Below, piece by piece: positions 11,918-22,316 of a stretch of 64,000 nucleotides of DNA. Position 1 is the stretch's first letter. Each line of letters begins with the position of its first letter. The notes under the pieces were generated by a model. It did no database searches and had not been told where the DNA came from. It was given only the letters and a program-made list of their open reading frames with translations. This stretch comes from Eledone cirrhosa (taxonomy: Eukaryota): positions 12,007-76,006 of the forward strand of contig CAXHJY010001116.1 in NCBI GenBank assembly GCA_964016885.1, given 5' to 3'. A program made the translations under genes and the position numbers.

Positions 11918-12004
11918 GCACAACACGCAACCCAGTCCAGGAATCGAACCTACGACATTATGATAGTAAGTCCAACACCTTACCACTAGGCCACGCGCCT
12001 CCAC
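11918..12004 (-). mobile_element. SINE family C tRNA head
   Basis: Minus strand reads GTGGAGGCGCGTGGCCTAGTGGTAAGGTGTTGGACTTAC...GGTTCGATTCCTGGACTGGG. Confidence 0.75.
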
Positions 12005-12620
12005 AATGCAGTTACTAATAAGAAGAGTTGAAATGAATGCATGCAAGATTTCACACCTCTAGTAGCATCACTCTCATGGAATGACCAAATGAGATTTATT
12101 TGTCAGAAACAATGCAGTTATTAATAAGAAGAGTTGAAAATTTCACAATCCTAGCATCACTCCTTCATAGTCAGCCCACCCTTTAAGTTCTAGAGTTGAT
12201 AATATTAGCTCCAGAATTACTAGACATGAATTACATTCTTAGATACTAGCAATATTTGGCTTAGAAATAAATCCTCCTTTTTGCACTTGCGATAAAATGA
12301 GGAGCGAAAAGCGCTGCAGCTAAAGTAAAAATGTTCAAAGTTAAGACATGGGAGAACTTTGGGGTTTAGCTAGAATCTGACTTCAGATCAGCAAATTATT
12401 CTGGCAGACCAGCCACTTTGTAATAAGAAGTCCCTCTCCGTCTTCTGATATAGATGAGGTGCATCCTGGAGCGATGTTTAATCTCACCAGATCAAATAAA
12501 GAGATCAAATGAGACAAGGCCTCTCGGGAGTTTGAAATTCGACACGAGAAGGTATTATCAACTCGAGTCAGTCAAGTTGAAAATCCGCTGGATGAAATGC
12601 TTTATCTCTCCCTCTCTCTC

Positions 12621-12660
<40 letters not shown>

Positions 12661-12664
<4 letters not shown>

Positions 12665-12820
12665 AACAAGTATGACCCCGACGGCAGAGCTCAAGCTGTT
12701 TCGACGGCTATTTCTGGAGTCCAGAAATAGCCGTCGAAACGGCTTGAGCTCTGCCATCGGGGTCATACTTGTTGCTATTACCCACTCTACTACCCTAAGT
12801 ATTGAGTACTTTGGTGCGTT
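12661..12820. mobile_element. Fold-back palindrome (58-bp arms) with 3' half of a hammerhead; Penelope-like end
   Basis: 12661-12718 is the reverse complement of 12720-12777 with 3 mismatches. It starts at a (TA)n tract and is followed by TTACCCACTCTACTACCCTAAGTATTGAGTAC, as at 15258 and (inverted) ~42990-43023. Confidence 0.75.
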
Positions 12821-12821
12821 A

Positions 12822-13010
12822 TGGATTGGCAGTATCGGTAGAGAGTCGGACACCATGCTTTGCAGCATAGAGTTACGTCCCTTTACGGTCTGAGTTCGAA
12901 TCCCGCCGAGGTTAACTTTGCCTTTCCTCTTTACGGGGTCGATCAAATAAAGTACCAGCAATGCACTGGGGTAATTGCTGGCCTTGTGCCAAAAGTAGAA
13001 ACAATTATTA
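12822..13010 (+). mobile_element. SINE family A
   Basis: Head, core and tail match 8757-8948. Confidence 0.88.
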
Positions 13011-13134
13011 AATAGAAACCTTAGTGAAATGAGCGAACCCGGTCGTACAGAGAGAATGTTTATATATGTGTCTGATTTTGTTTTCTCTCGATTTTGTAAG
13101 ACTCTGCATTCTTATACTTATCTAAGTCTAAAGT

Positions 13135-13399
13135 CTGTCTCAAGCCAGGAGGCCCATCAGGCCTGTGTTTATCCTGATTTCGTGTCGTGAAGCGACTGAG
13201 TGTACAAAACTCGTCCCTGGTTAAACTCGTCCAAGGTTAAACCCCTCAGCTATTGCTGGTACTCATTTTCAGCTGAGTATACTGGAGCAACGTAAAATGA
13301 AGTGTTTTGTTCAAGAACACAACACGAAACTCACGAATCAAGCCTGCGACATTGTGATCGTAAGTCCAACACCCTTACCACTAGGCCACGTGCCTCCAC
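13135..13399 (-). mobile_element. SINE family C (tRNA head, CORE-like segment, distinct tail)
   Basis: Minus strand: GTGGAGGCACGTGGCCTAGTGG...TTCTTGAACAAAACACTTCATTTTACGTTGCTCCAGTATACTCAGCTGAAAATGAGTACCAGC. Homologues at 27184-27459 and 33748-34023. Confidence 0.8.
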
Positions 13400-13551
13400 C
13401 AGTGCATTACTGGCACCCTATTTTATCGACCCCGTAAAGATGAACGGCAAAGTTAACCTCGGCGGGATTTGAACTCAGAATGTAAAGCCCCATAACTCTA
13501 TGCTGCAAAGAATGGCGTCCGACATTCTACTGATACTGCCAATCCACCGCC
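13398..13551 (-). mobile_element. SINE family A lacking its tail, abutting SINE C
   Basis: Reverse-complement match to the A head and core. Confidence 0.8.
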
Positions 13552-14645
13552 TATTTCCAATAAAATAATGACAAAATATTTCCATACTTTCAACAATTTG
13601 TTCGATTCCATATGAATTTCAATATTAAATGAAATTAGTTTCCAAGAGTTTATATTATATTGCAAGAGACTAGACAATGATACACTATTGAGAACAGATA
13701 ATGCAATGAAATCGCATTAAGTATATACATACATACATATATACTTATATGTAATTCGTTTTGAATTTGTTTTGCGAGATTTTATTGACAGCATGACCCT
13801 CTCAAAGTATAACAATATATATATGTGTGTGTGTGTAGAGAGAGAGAGAGGGGGGTGCAAAAGAGTTTTATATATGAAGCTGTGTATTTAAACGTGGAGT
13901 GGAAATAGCGGCGAAATCTCCACCAAAATCACATTACATCTTCTTCGAATAGATTCATACATCATCATCATCGTTTAACGTCTATCTTCCACGCTAGCAT
14001 GGGTTTAGACGGTAATTGTCCCACTTGAGGTAAGATTGGTCGGGTGACCATGTCTCGCTCGTATAGGACTGTCTGCCCTTCCTAACACCAACCTACATAT
14101 TTGATAATGTAGCTTTACATTACACCATACATTTACAAAGTGGCGAGGTGGTCACATATGGAATGTCCGACCTGGGGTTCAACAACAACTTCCTTCTCCA
14201 AAGTAAGCAACAGAAAAATTAGATTTATAATTTCTATTATTAACAAATCTGGTCGATAACTCAAATGGTCAAATGTCAACAGAAAGCAACCCAGAAGTCA
14301 TGACCTGGATGTGGCCCCCGGCCCAGTTAGAGTGAAAAAGGGTAAGGAACGAAACATTTGCTTAAGAGCGGGCAATTGGGGGGTAGGGGGTCTTCTCTGA
14401 AGACCATCTACTATCTAGTTCTTCTGACACTCTCTTACCACTATTTTTATTTCCCTCCATATATTCTGCCTTGTTTCATTTTTGGTGTATGCTGCTGCTG
14501 CTGCTGTTGTTGTTGTTGCTGATAGCGGTGGCGGTGGTGATGCTAGTAGTTTTGGTAGTGATGGTGGTGTTGTTGTATTCAATTCCCTTCCCTTGAAGTT
14601 AGATCATGTCCGTGATCATATATATGTTTATATACATACATATAC

Positions 14646-14675
<30 letters not shown>

Positions 14676-14676
<1 letters not shown>

Positions 14677-14865
14677 GTTTTAATATAGATGAGATTCTAC
14701 AGGACCAGAACTGTTTCATTCATTAGAAATCATCAGGATTCCTGATGATTTCTAATGAATGAAACAGTTCTAGTCCTGTAGAATCTCATCTATATTAAAA
14801 CTGTTATACTCTGCTATGTATTGGGTACCTTACTTACTGTGGTTACCTCCGATTCAACCCGGAAT
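14676..14865. mobile_element. Fold-back palindrome (62-bp arms) containing a hammerhead motif; Penelope-like end
   Basis: 14676-14737 is the reverse complement of 14741-14802 (1 mismatch, 3-nt loop). Bounded by (TA)n. The downstream flank has an inverted homologue at ~37905-37965. Confidence 0.78.
14737..14785 (+). ncRNA. Putative type I hammerhead ribozyme
   Basis: GAUUC-CUGAUGA-UUUC UAAU GAAU-GAA-ACAG(uucuaguc)CUGU-A|GAAUC. Intact core, 5-bp stem I, 4-bp stem III, GUA cleavage triplet. Stem II is weak (3 bp with a U-U at its base). Confidence 0.6.
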
Positions 14866-14981
14866 AATGTATATATATATATATATATATATATATGCAA
14901 AAGTTTTATTTAAAATTGTTGGGTTACAACAAGTAAATATTTTATAACCGATATAAAGCACTCGACAAGTTTTTGGATTAG

Positions 14982-15134
14982 ATATACGATATTAAACAAA
15001 TGGAAACTATATTTATAAAACCATATTTATTTCATTATACATATTTCAGGGATACCATATTATATGGTATCCCTGAAATATGTATAATGAAATAAATATG
15101 GTTTTATAAATATAGTTTCCATTTGTTTAATATC

Positions 15135-15140
<6 letters not shown>
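14982..15140. repeat. Perfect palindrome, 79-bp arms, 1-nt loop
   Basis: 14982-15060 is the reverse complement of 15062-15140. It ends in a (TA)n tract. Confidence 0.88.
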
Positions 15141-15173
<33 letters not shown>

Positions 15174-15177
<4 letters not shown>

Positions 15178-15338
15178 AACGAGTAGGACCCCGACGACTG
15201 AGCTCAAGCCGTTTCGAAACGGCTTGAGCTCAGCCGTCGGAGTCCTACTCGTTCCTATTACCCACTCTACTACCCTAAGTATTGAGTACTTTGGTGCATT
15301 ATGGTCCACCTGGTTCCTTACCACATTTCCTCCGTTAT
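15174..15338. mobile_element. Fold-back palindrome (42-bp arms), same family as 12661
   Basis: Centre GTTTC|GAAAC at 15215/15216. The right arm has GAA-ACGGCT(TGAGCTC)AGCCGT-C, a hammerhead stem III with GUC. (TA)n lies on both sides. Confidence 0.78.
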
Positions 15339-15392
<54 letters not shown>

Positions 15393-16055
15393 CAGCATGT
15401 AATTATTTTATTGCTATTCCTAAACAAATTGATATTTATTTCGTACGAATTATATATTAAAAAATAACACCACCACCACCACAACAACAATACAATAGAA
15501 TACAATACAATAAGCTGCTTTTTCTTGCTATCACATCTGTTTCCTGGCACTACTATATAACCTTCTAGCGATCTTTTGGGAAAAGATATGACAGCTGCAT
15601 CATGAGTAATTGATTTGACTTCTTTTAACATGTAATAAGGAAGTCGAAGTCGTTGTTAGCTTCGTCTTGCCGCCTACTGACTGTATATGACAGTTAAAGG
15701 TGAACAAAGCAAGGTGTAATACGGAAGAGTGAAACGGAAAATTGTTGTGTTTAAATACGATTTATTTATGAATATTCTTTCAGAATATCACCAATGCGAG
15801 GCATTTAAAGGTCTGTCGAGCGAGTGTGTGTATCACAAAATATTGATGCATGGAAATCAATTAATATGTGTGTGTGTGTGTGTGCATGAGTGCGTGTATA
15901 TATATATATATATATATATATGTGTGGCACACGCATATATACATGTATGTATGTATGTGTATATATTATAAATATATATATAAACAAACACACATATACA
16001 TATGTGTGTGGGTGTATAAATACATACATATACACATTTGTGTGTATAAGTACAT

Positions 16056-16111
<56 letters not shown>

Positions 16112-17149
16112 GTGTATGTATAGTGAGAAGAGCACTAAGCAACCCAAGTGTACGGTAAAGTTACATCCCATACAAGACAACGAAGGGGACTTCTAGAAAT
16201 GACAACTAAATCTCCCTTAAATTACACACCAATATCTTTAAAATGAGAAGATACATTATTATAAAGATGATGAAAATATAGAAGGGATGGTCACGTCTGG
16301 AATGCCTTTGATCATAAGTTTACTGCCTCCGGGAAAAGCTGTTCATAAGTAACATCCAACAAAATACATTAACTGACATATAATCTAGCTATCGTAATTC
16401 ATATCCACGAGTATATAAATGTTTCTTATGGTTGACCAAGCATTGCTCGGGTCTTAATATATTTTGGGGAAGATTGCAAAAAGAAGGAAATATATCAGTG
16501 TATTGGATCTTATATCTATACATATATACATACAGAGAAATGTATGCACTCACATACGTTCATACATACATGATAGCTGCCCATTGTACGAAAAGAAAAA
16601 GAAAGAACACATATATATTAATAATTAAAGGTGCTGCGATCGAATGTGGCTTTTTAGCCCAGCCAATGATCTAAACTGTCTTGCACAGAGTTGGCAACCA
16701 AAACCTTCCCTGACAATAGCCGACTGTGGTTGGAATTCATGTACTTTTGCATGCATATATACATACATATATACATACATACTTATATGTATGTACGTAC
16801 GTATGTATATATGTTTTTTTTTTTGGGGGGGGGGGGGGGGGCGATAGACTTCTAGTCTTCATTAAGACATCTCTCTAGAAGGTCACTCTGATATAAAACC
16901 TGCGACTTCGTTTGCATCCAATGATGTAGACCAGTTCTTCTTTTGGAGCAAATACATTCGAAGTTTAGAGAGTGGGATCGGCCCCATGCAAAGTCTTTCC
17001 TTACTTAAAAAAAGCTTCAAGCAAAGGCATCGCTTCATATGTGACATTTTTTGCGATACATGGTATTGCTGGACTAAAAAAAAAACACATCCGTGATGCT
17101 CATGCTTAAGTATCAAGCGAGTGCATTACTCGAAATTGCAGCCATCATG

Positions 17150-17232
<83 letters not shown>

Positions 17233-17686
17233 ATGAATTTACTCATGTATACAACAGAATCCATGCATTTACATCAAAACCAAATTTATATATTTCTGGT
17301 AACATTTTCACACCTAACGCACATTAATTCGAAGCTGGTAAAAATAATTCTGCAACACATGAATAAAACCAACGAGAAAGATGAAACGAATCGAAAAATG
17401 TGAATCGCCAAAATTATTGAATGAAAAGAAGCGAAAGGAGACTAAGGATTTTATAAGAAAGTGAGAATATGAAGTCTTGTTGAATTATATTAAGTTGTAA
17501 AAAATAAAAATAATTTGTGGATAGAAAGTTGGCAAAGGATTAAATAAACAATAAATTGGTGTAGAGAAATATAAACGTTTTACAGTTTAGACTGTCTTTG
17601 AACATTTTAGTACATAACCTGCCGTTTTACATATGGGATAAGAAATATTCAGTTTCTTCGCCAAAAGTTAATAAAGTTATGTTTCT

Positions 17687-17723
<37 letters not shown>

Positions 17724-17725
<2 letters not shown>

Positions 17726-17845
17726 CGTTTCTGAATTTGTTTAGCAAGATTCTTTATCTGAAATCGTGTGTTGAAACCGATATTGTTATACTTTGGGAGG
17801 GTCATGTTGCCAATAAGAAACACACGCACCAGTTGCTTTCACTTC
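17724..17845. mobile_element. (TA)n-associated dispersed repeat with rearranged copies
   Basis: Segments TTCGTTTCTGAATTTGTTTAGCAAGATTC and TATTGTTATACTTTGGGAGGGTCATG recur at 13753-13816 and 37985-38113 with inverted relative orientation. Confidence 0.65.
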
Positions 17846-18339
17846 AATTTATTATATATTTATAAATTTATAAATTTATAAATTTCTGGTTGGTTGGTTG
17901 GTTGGTTGGTTCCACAACCAGATAGTTGTTTATATATATATATATAAAAGGTAAACAGAAATAACAACACAATCGGTACAGTATATGGAAGGTATATATT
18001 AGGTTAACGCTTGATATAGCAGGAATATATATTTATGTGTGTGTAGAGAGAGGAGGGGGGAACACGAGCCAAAACCGCTGGGTGTCGCTATCGGGTTTAT
18101 ACCTTCCGCTATACCCATTCTGCTTCTTCCCATGCAACGAGTACTTGAGTACCATGATTTGTGGTCCTTTCCAATCTCAGCACTGCAGATTCTTTATATA
18201 TATATTTACAGAGATTGCTAATTCGTCCGGTAGGATCCCGCTTATATCGCCACTAACCATCATATCTGGTGGCCACATCGTTCGCTCTCTGCCACCGGTG
18301 ACCCCTTCTCTAGCAGAACGGCTGTCAAGGAGCTATATC

Positions 18340-18552
18340 CAAGCCTGCTTACAGCAGATTTCTCCCTGAGAACGAGATATAAAGGAAGAATCAACCCAGT
18401 ACTAGACTGGTAATTTTTTTTATTGACCTCCAAAGGATTAAAGGCAAAGTTGACCTCGGCGGGATTTGAACTCAGAGAGCAGAGAGCCGGCCGGAACAAA
18501 TACCATAAGGCATTCTATCCGACGTTCTAACGACTCTGCCAATTTGTCACCT
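18340..18552 (-). mobile_element. SINE A2 (older variant)
   Basis: AAGGCAAAGTTGACCTCGGCGGGATTTGAACTCAG core plus reverse A2 linker and head (GACGTTCTAACGACTCTGCCAA). Confidence 0.7.
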
Positions 18553-19383
18553 TAAATGAGTAATAGAATGCTTCAAAGTTTCTTATGAATCTCTGACGAG
18601 AACCCGAGATTCACATCACTAAAGAACTACCGAAGTGACTGGATATCAACTAATTATTTTGTCACCAATATTTCAGCTATACTCATTTAAATGCCATTAT
18701 CAATCATACTCAACTACGAATAATAAACAATCAGATAATTTTCGGCCAAAATCCAGTATTTCTATTAGTTTACGTGTTTCTACTGATGTCTCATTGTTTT
18801 AACCTAATCAACTTTAATGATTTAGAAAGAAGATTAATTCACCTTTGCTCTTTACCTTTTTCTTCCCTCTATCGTTTCATAACAGATCTGACATAGTGTC
18901 GTGACATTTGGGACTTTGTCCTGATCGATTAGAATTAAAAAGCAAACACTATTAAAACAATTTTGAATATTTTTTATTCCCACCAACAAAACTGTACATA
19001 TGAACTAAAATAAAAAAATATGTTTAAAAAAATAATCTGAAGTAGAGAAATAAAAATTCCGATATCAATAGGATGGTATGGAGATGTTTAGAAGATGGCA
19101 ATGTTTATTATTATTGATCAGTTTTGAGAGGTTTATAAACATTCTATTAATCAGTTATACATCTGATTAGTTATAAATTTGATCATTTCCATCAAGTTAT
19201 TAAAAAAATGTCTTTACAGGCATGATATCAGGTCTGTAAAAACAGAGAGAGGGGGGTGGGGAATAGATAGATAGAAGAAAGATACAGAGAGAGTTATGGT
19301 TTGAAGAGGGGAAATAGATAGATAGATAAATAGATAGAGCGAGAGAGGGGGTGAAGAGGGGAAGATGGATAAATAGATAGATA

Positions 19384-20795
19384 AATTTCTTTATTAGCCA
19401 CAAGGGCACAAAAGAAGGGGACAAATACAAATGGGGAGTTTACATACAGGTATATGAAAATAAAACTATTAATAAAATAACAAATAATTGAAATCCCCAA
19501 AAAGGGGGAGGCGTTACACAGGGTTTGTACACACCCCGAAAAAATGTACAACCCTCATCTCCAGGAGCACCAAGAGTGAGTACTCCCTTCCTCTCTTCCT
19601 CAACCTACAGGCTTATATAGAGAGAAGGCCCAACCACTCGCGCCATCTTTGCCACATTCACCCACCTTTCATAAAATTTGCTGGGGTACAGCACCTCTCT
19701 CTCCATCCTGATTCTTCTTCCAAAATGATATTTGAAAAAACGAATCAGTTGTTCGCCGGAGAGAAAGGTGTCTGACCTCAGTCATTTTAACCTCGTCCAC
19801 CATAGCCATAACACATAGGAAAACCGCCTCTCCTTCGTTTTTGAAGGAGGGTGGCGGTTTGATCATGACAATGGACTCGGTGGTCAACTGGATTGGTCCC
19901 ACCCGCGACAATAGTTGTTCTACATAGCCCCACATGTCGGTAACGCCTGGGCAGTGTACAAATGCGTGCGCGACGGTTTCCTCGTCGCGCACGCATCTAG
20001 GACAGATCTTTTTCGAAGGGTCCCTGTCCGGGCGCCGTGTCCGTTTGCCAGAGGATTGTGAACGCCTGAGCACATTCGATGTGCCAGTCGCCCATTTTCC
20101 TCGGTCTTTGCTTGACCCAGGACTGCAGCTCGGTCAGCGAGACGAGTCGTGGGAAGGCTCGCCTCACAAACGGGGCCCACACCGGTTGTCCGGTGAGGAA
20201 TACGTGGAGGTGCCGCAGCCTGAGCGCGTGTTTGCGCATCGTCAGCCACGGCAACCCCAGCCCTCCGTTTAAAAGGTGTTGGCAGCAGATGGATCTTCTC
20301 ACCAAAGGAGCCCGTTTCTTCCAAAGGAATTGGAAGAGCGTGCGCTCCATTTTGGTGAGCGTTTTGGCTGGACAAGGCACGACGGTCAAGCAGTAGTAGA
20401 TGACGGACGGTATAAAAGTGTTCGCCACCTCCGCTCGACCCTTCAAGAATAGTTTGCACTCGGCCCACTTCTGGGTGAGCGCAAACACCTTGGCCGTCAC
20501 CTCGTTCCAGTTCTTCTCCACCTGGAGGTCCGGACCAAACCAGACCCCGAGCAGCTTTACCGGTCCTTCCGTCCAGCGTCCGACGACGCCATCGGAATGC
20601 ATAGGTTTGCTTCTCCACGTTCCGAGTTGCAAACCGACGGATTTATCCCGGTTCAGCTTCGCTCCTGTGAACCTTTCGTATTCCTTCAGTAAGGTGCTGA
20701 CCTCCCCGATTTGCGAGGTGCTCGACACCATTACTGTCACGTCGTCGGCGTAGGCCGACGCCGCTTTTCGCAGTCCCGGTTCTAAAGGGATGCCC
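19384..20795 (-). mobile_element. Tx1/L1-clade LINE, 5'-truncated ORF2 and 3' end
   Basis: GC-rich block. The minus strand encodes AYADDVTV (catalytic RT motif, ~20732-20755), YERFTGAKLNRDKS, VKLLGVWFG, GGLGLP and the C-terminal zinc knuckle CPRC..EETVAHAFVHCP. It ends with TTGTGGCTAATAAAGAAAT and is inserted in a GATA/GA-rich satellite. An internal deletion or frameshift lies near 20000. Confidence 0.9.
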
Positions 20796-20857
20796 TATAG
20801 ATAGAGCGAGCAAGAGAGAGAGGAGGGGTTGAAGAGAGGAAAATAGATGGATAGATG

Positions 20858-20890
<33 letters not shown>

Positions 20891-21574
20891 TAGATAGAGC
20901 AATAAAAAGAGAAAGAGGGATAGAGGAAACTTTGCTCATCACAAGGGGTAGAAGCAGCAAGTTTTATTAAGAAATGGAACGTCAGCCCGAACGTGACTAA
21001 TTAATTAATATGCAGTTTAATTTTATAATAAAAGTAGCAACCATAAAGTAAGGATGGTTATTATTATTGTTGTTGTTGTTGTTGTCTTGGTTGTTCTTCT
21101 ACTCCTCCTCCCACTCTTCTACTGGTTAATGACATTTAAGGATGTCACGAAGAGATTGAATTTCTGCTGATTCGGAAGATGTCAGAAATATGGCAGCGAG
21201 TACACTGTAGCGGTTTACAATTGCTTACAGAAAATCGATTTAAAAAATATATGAAGTCAACGCAAAATTTAAAATATATTGTCGTAAATTACAAAATGAT
21301 TCTATTGTTTACGGCTGTGTTAGTTGTAACTACTGAAGGCTGCAGCTAAACTATTTTTAAAATTTCATGTAAAACAAGAGAGCTATCGTTAAGTGAATCG
21401 ATTATGGATATAAACGGTGCAATTCCGGAGACGTGATACAGAGCACCAACCCTCGGGCTGGTTATACAAAAAATTATAAACTTAATCAAGTGTTCCATGT
21501 AAAATAACGAACAAGTGTAAACTTTAATAAAGGCGGCTTATACGGATAATCAGGATAAAAGTGCGAAGGCTAGA

Positions 21575-21649
21575 TATAAATATTCATAATACGCTTAATT
21601 CATTATCGACTGTAATACGTATTTCCGTGGCATTGATAGTTACGTAAGG
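21575..21649 (+). promoter_or_regulatory. Candidate TATA, initiator and first-exon donor of the CCK/SK gene
   Basis: TATAAA at 21575, TCATT at 21600 (A about 27 nt after the TATA start) and TAC|GTAAGG donor-like site at 21644. Motif spacing only; such motifs are frequent in AT-rich DNA. Confidence 0.2.
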
Positions 21650-21861
21650 CTGCCGTCACGAAATTACCAACATGATAGCACTAATAAAATAAATAACAAT
21701 ATTATATTGAGGTTCTTTGAATTAATTAAGTTAACAATTTATACTTAAATAATTGTTTGAAACAAGATCTCATAAAAGTATATATTTTAGCAATTTAAGC
21801 ATAAATATTTTTTGTGTATATATAATTGTTAAAATAATTTATATATATATGTATATATATG

Positions 21862-21882
21862 ATTTTTTTAATATAATTTCAG
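21862..21882 (+). promoter_or_regulatory. 3' splice acceptor just upstream of the CCK/SK start codon
   Basis: ATTTTTTTAATATAATTTCAG|AATCATG. The AG ends 4 nt before the ATG, implying a non-coding upstream exon. Confidence 0.7.
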
Positions 21883-21886
21883 AATC

Positions 21887-22285
21887 ATGAACCGTTGCGT
21901 TAAAGTTGGAATCACCTTAATGTTGCTTTACATCACTTTAGCAAATTTCACAACGGCAGCAAATTTCGAAAATTCAGGACTGACCGCCACACTATCTAAA
22001 TACAAAAAAATGGCGAAAGTGTTACAAAAACGAAATGGTGGTCTTCTTGAGCGTGTGCTGCTCTCGAGTGGTCGACAGTTTCTTTCGCCGCACCTTCAAA
22101 GCAAAAGGATGAATTTGGAAACAAGAGAAAATGCAGATGACGACGGCAATAAACGACATGGTTCATGGTATTATGATTATGGTCTTGGAGGTGGACGCTT
22201 TGGAAAACGAGATTTTGACGAATATGGCCTTGGGGGAGGAAGATTTGGCCGAGATGTTGATCACGTGGATATGTCGGACGCTTAA
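21887..22285 (+). CDS. CCK: Cholecystokinin/sulfakinin-type neuropeptide precursor (132 aa)
   Basis: Hydrophobic N-terminal signal peptide, several KR convertase sites, and two tandem C-terminal peptides KR-HGSWYYDYGLGGGRF-G-KR and DFDEYGLGGGRF-G-R with amidation glycines. (D/E)YGLGGGRFamide is the molluscan CCK/SK signature. Good ATG context (AATCATG). Confidence 0.95.
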   Translation: MNRCVKVGITLMLLYITLANFTTAANFENSGLTATLSKYKKMAKVLQKRNGGLLERVLLSSGRQFLSPHLQSKRMNLETRENADDDGNKRHGSWYYDYGLGGGRFGKRDFDEYGLGGGRFGRDVDHVDMSDA

Positions 22286-22316
22286 AATACAACAGAATAT
22301 TTCAAAAGATAAACTA

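Noticed and set aside
18593-18615. CTGACGA hammerhead-like start
   Set aside because: No GAAA or stem III follows.
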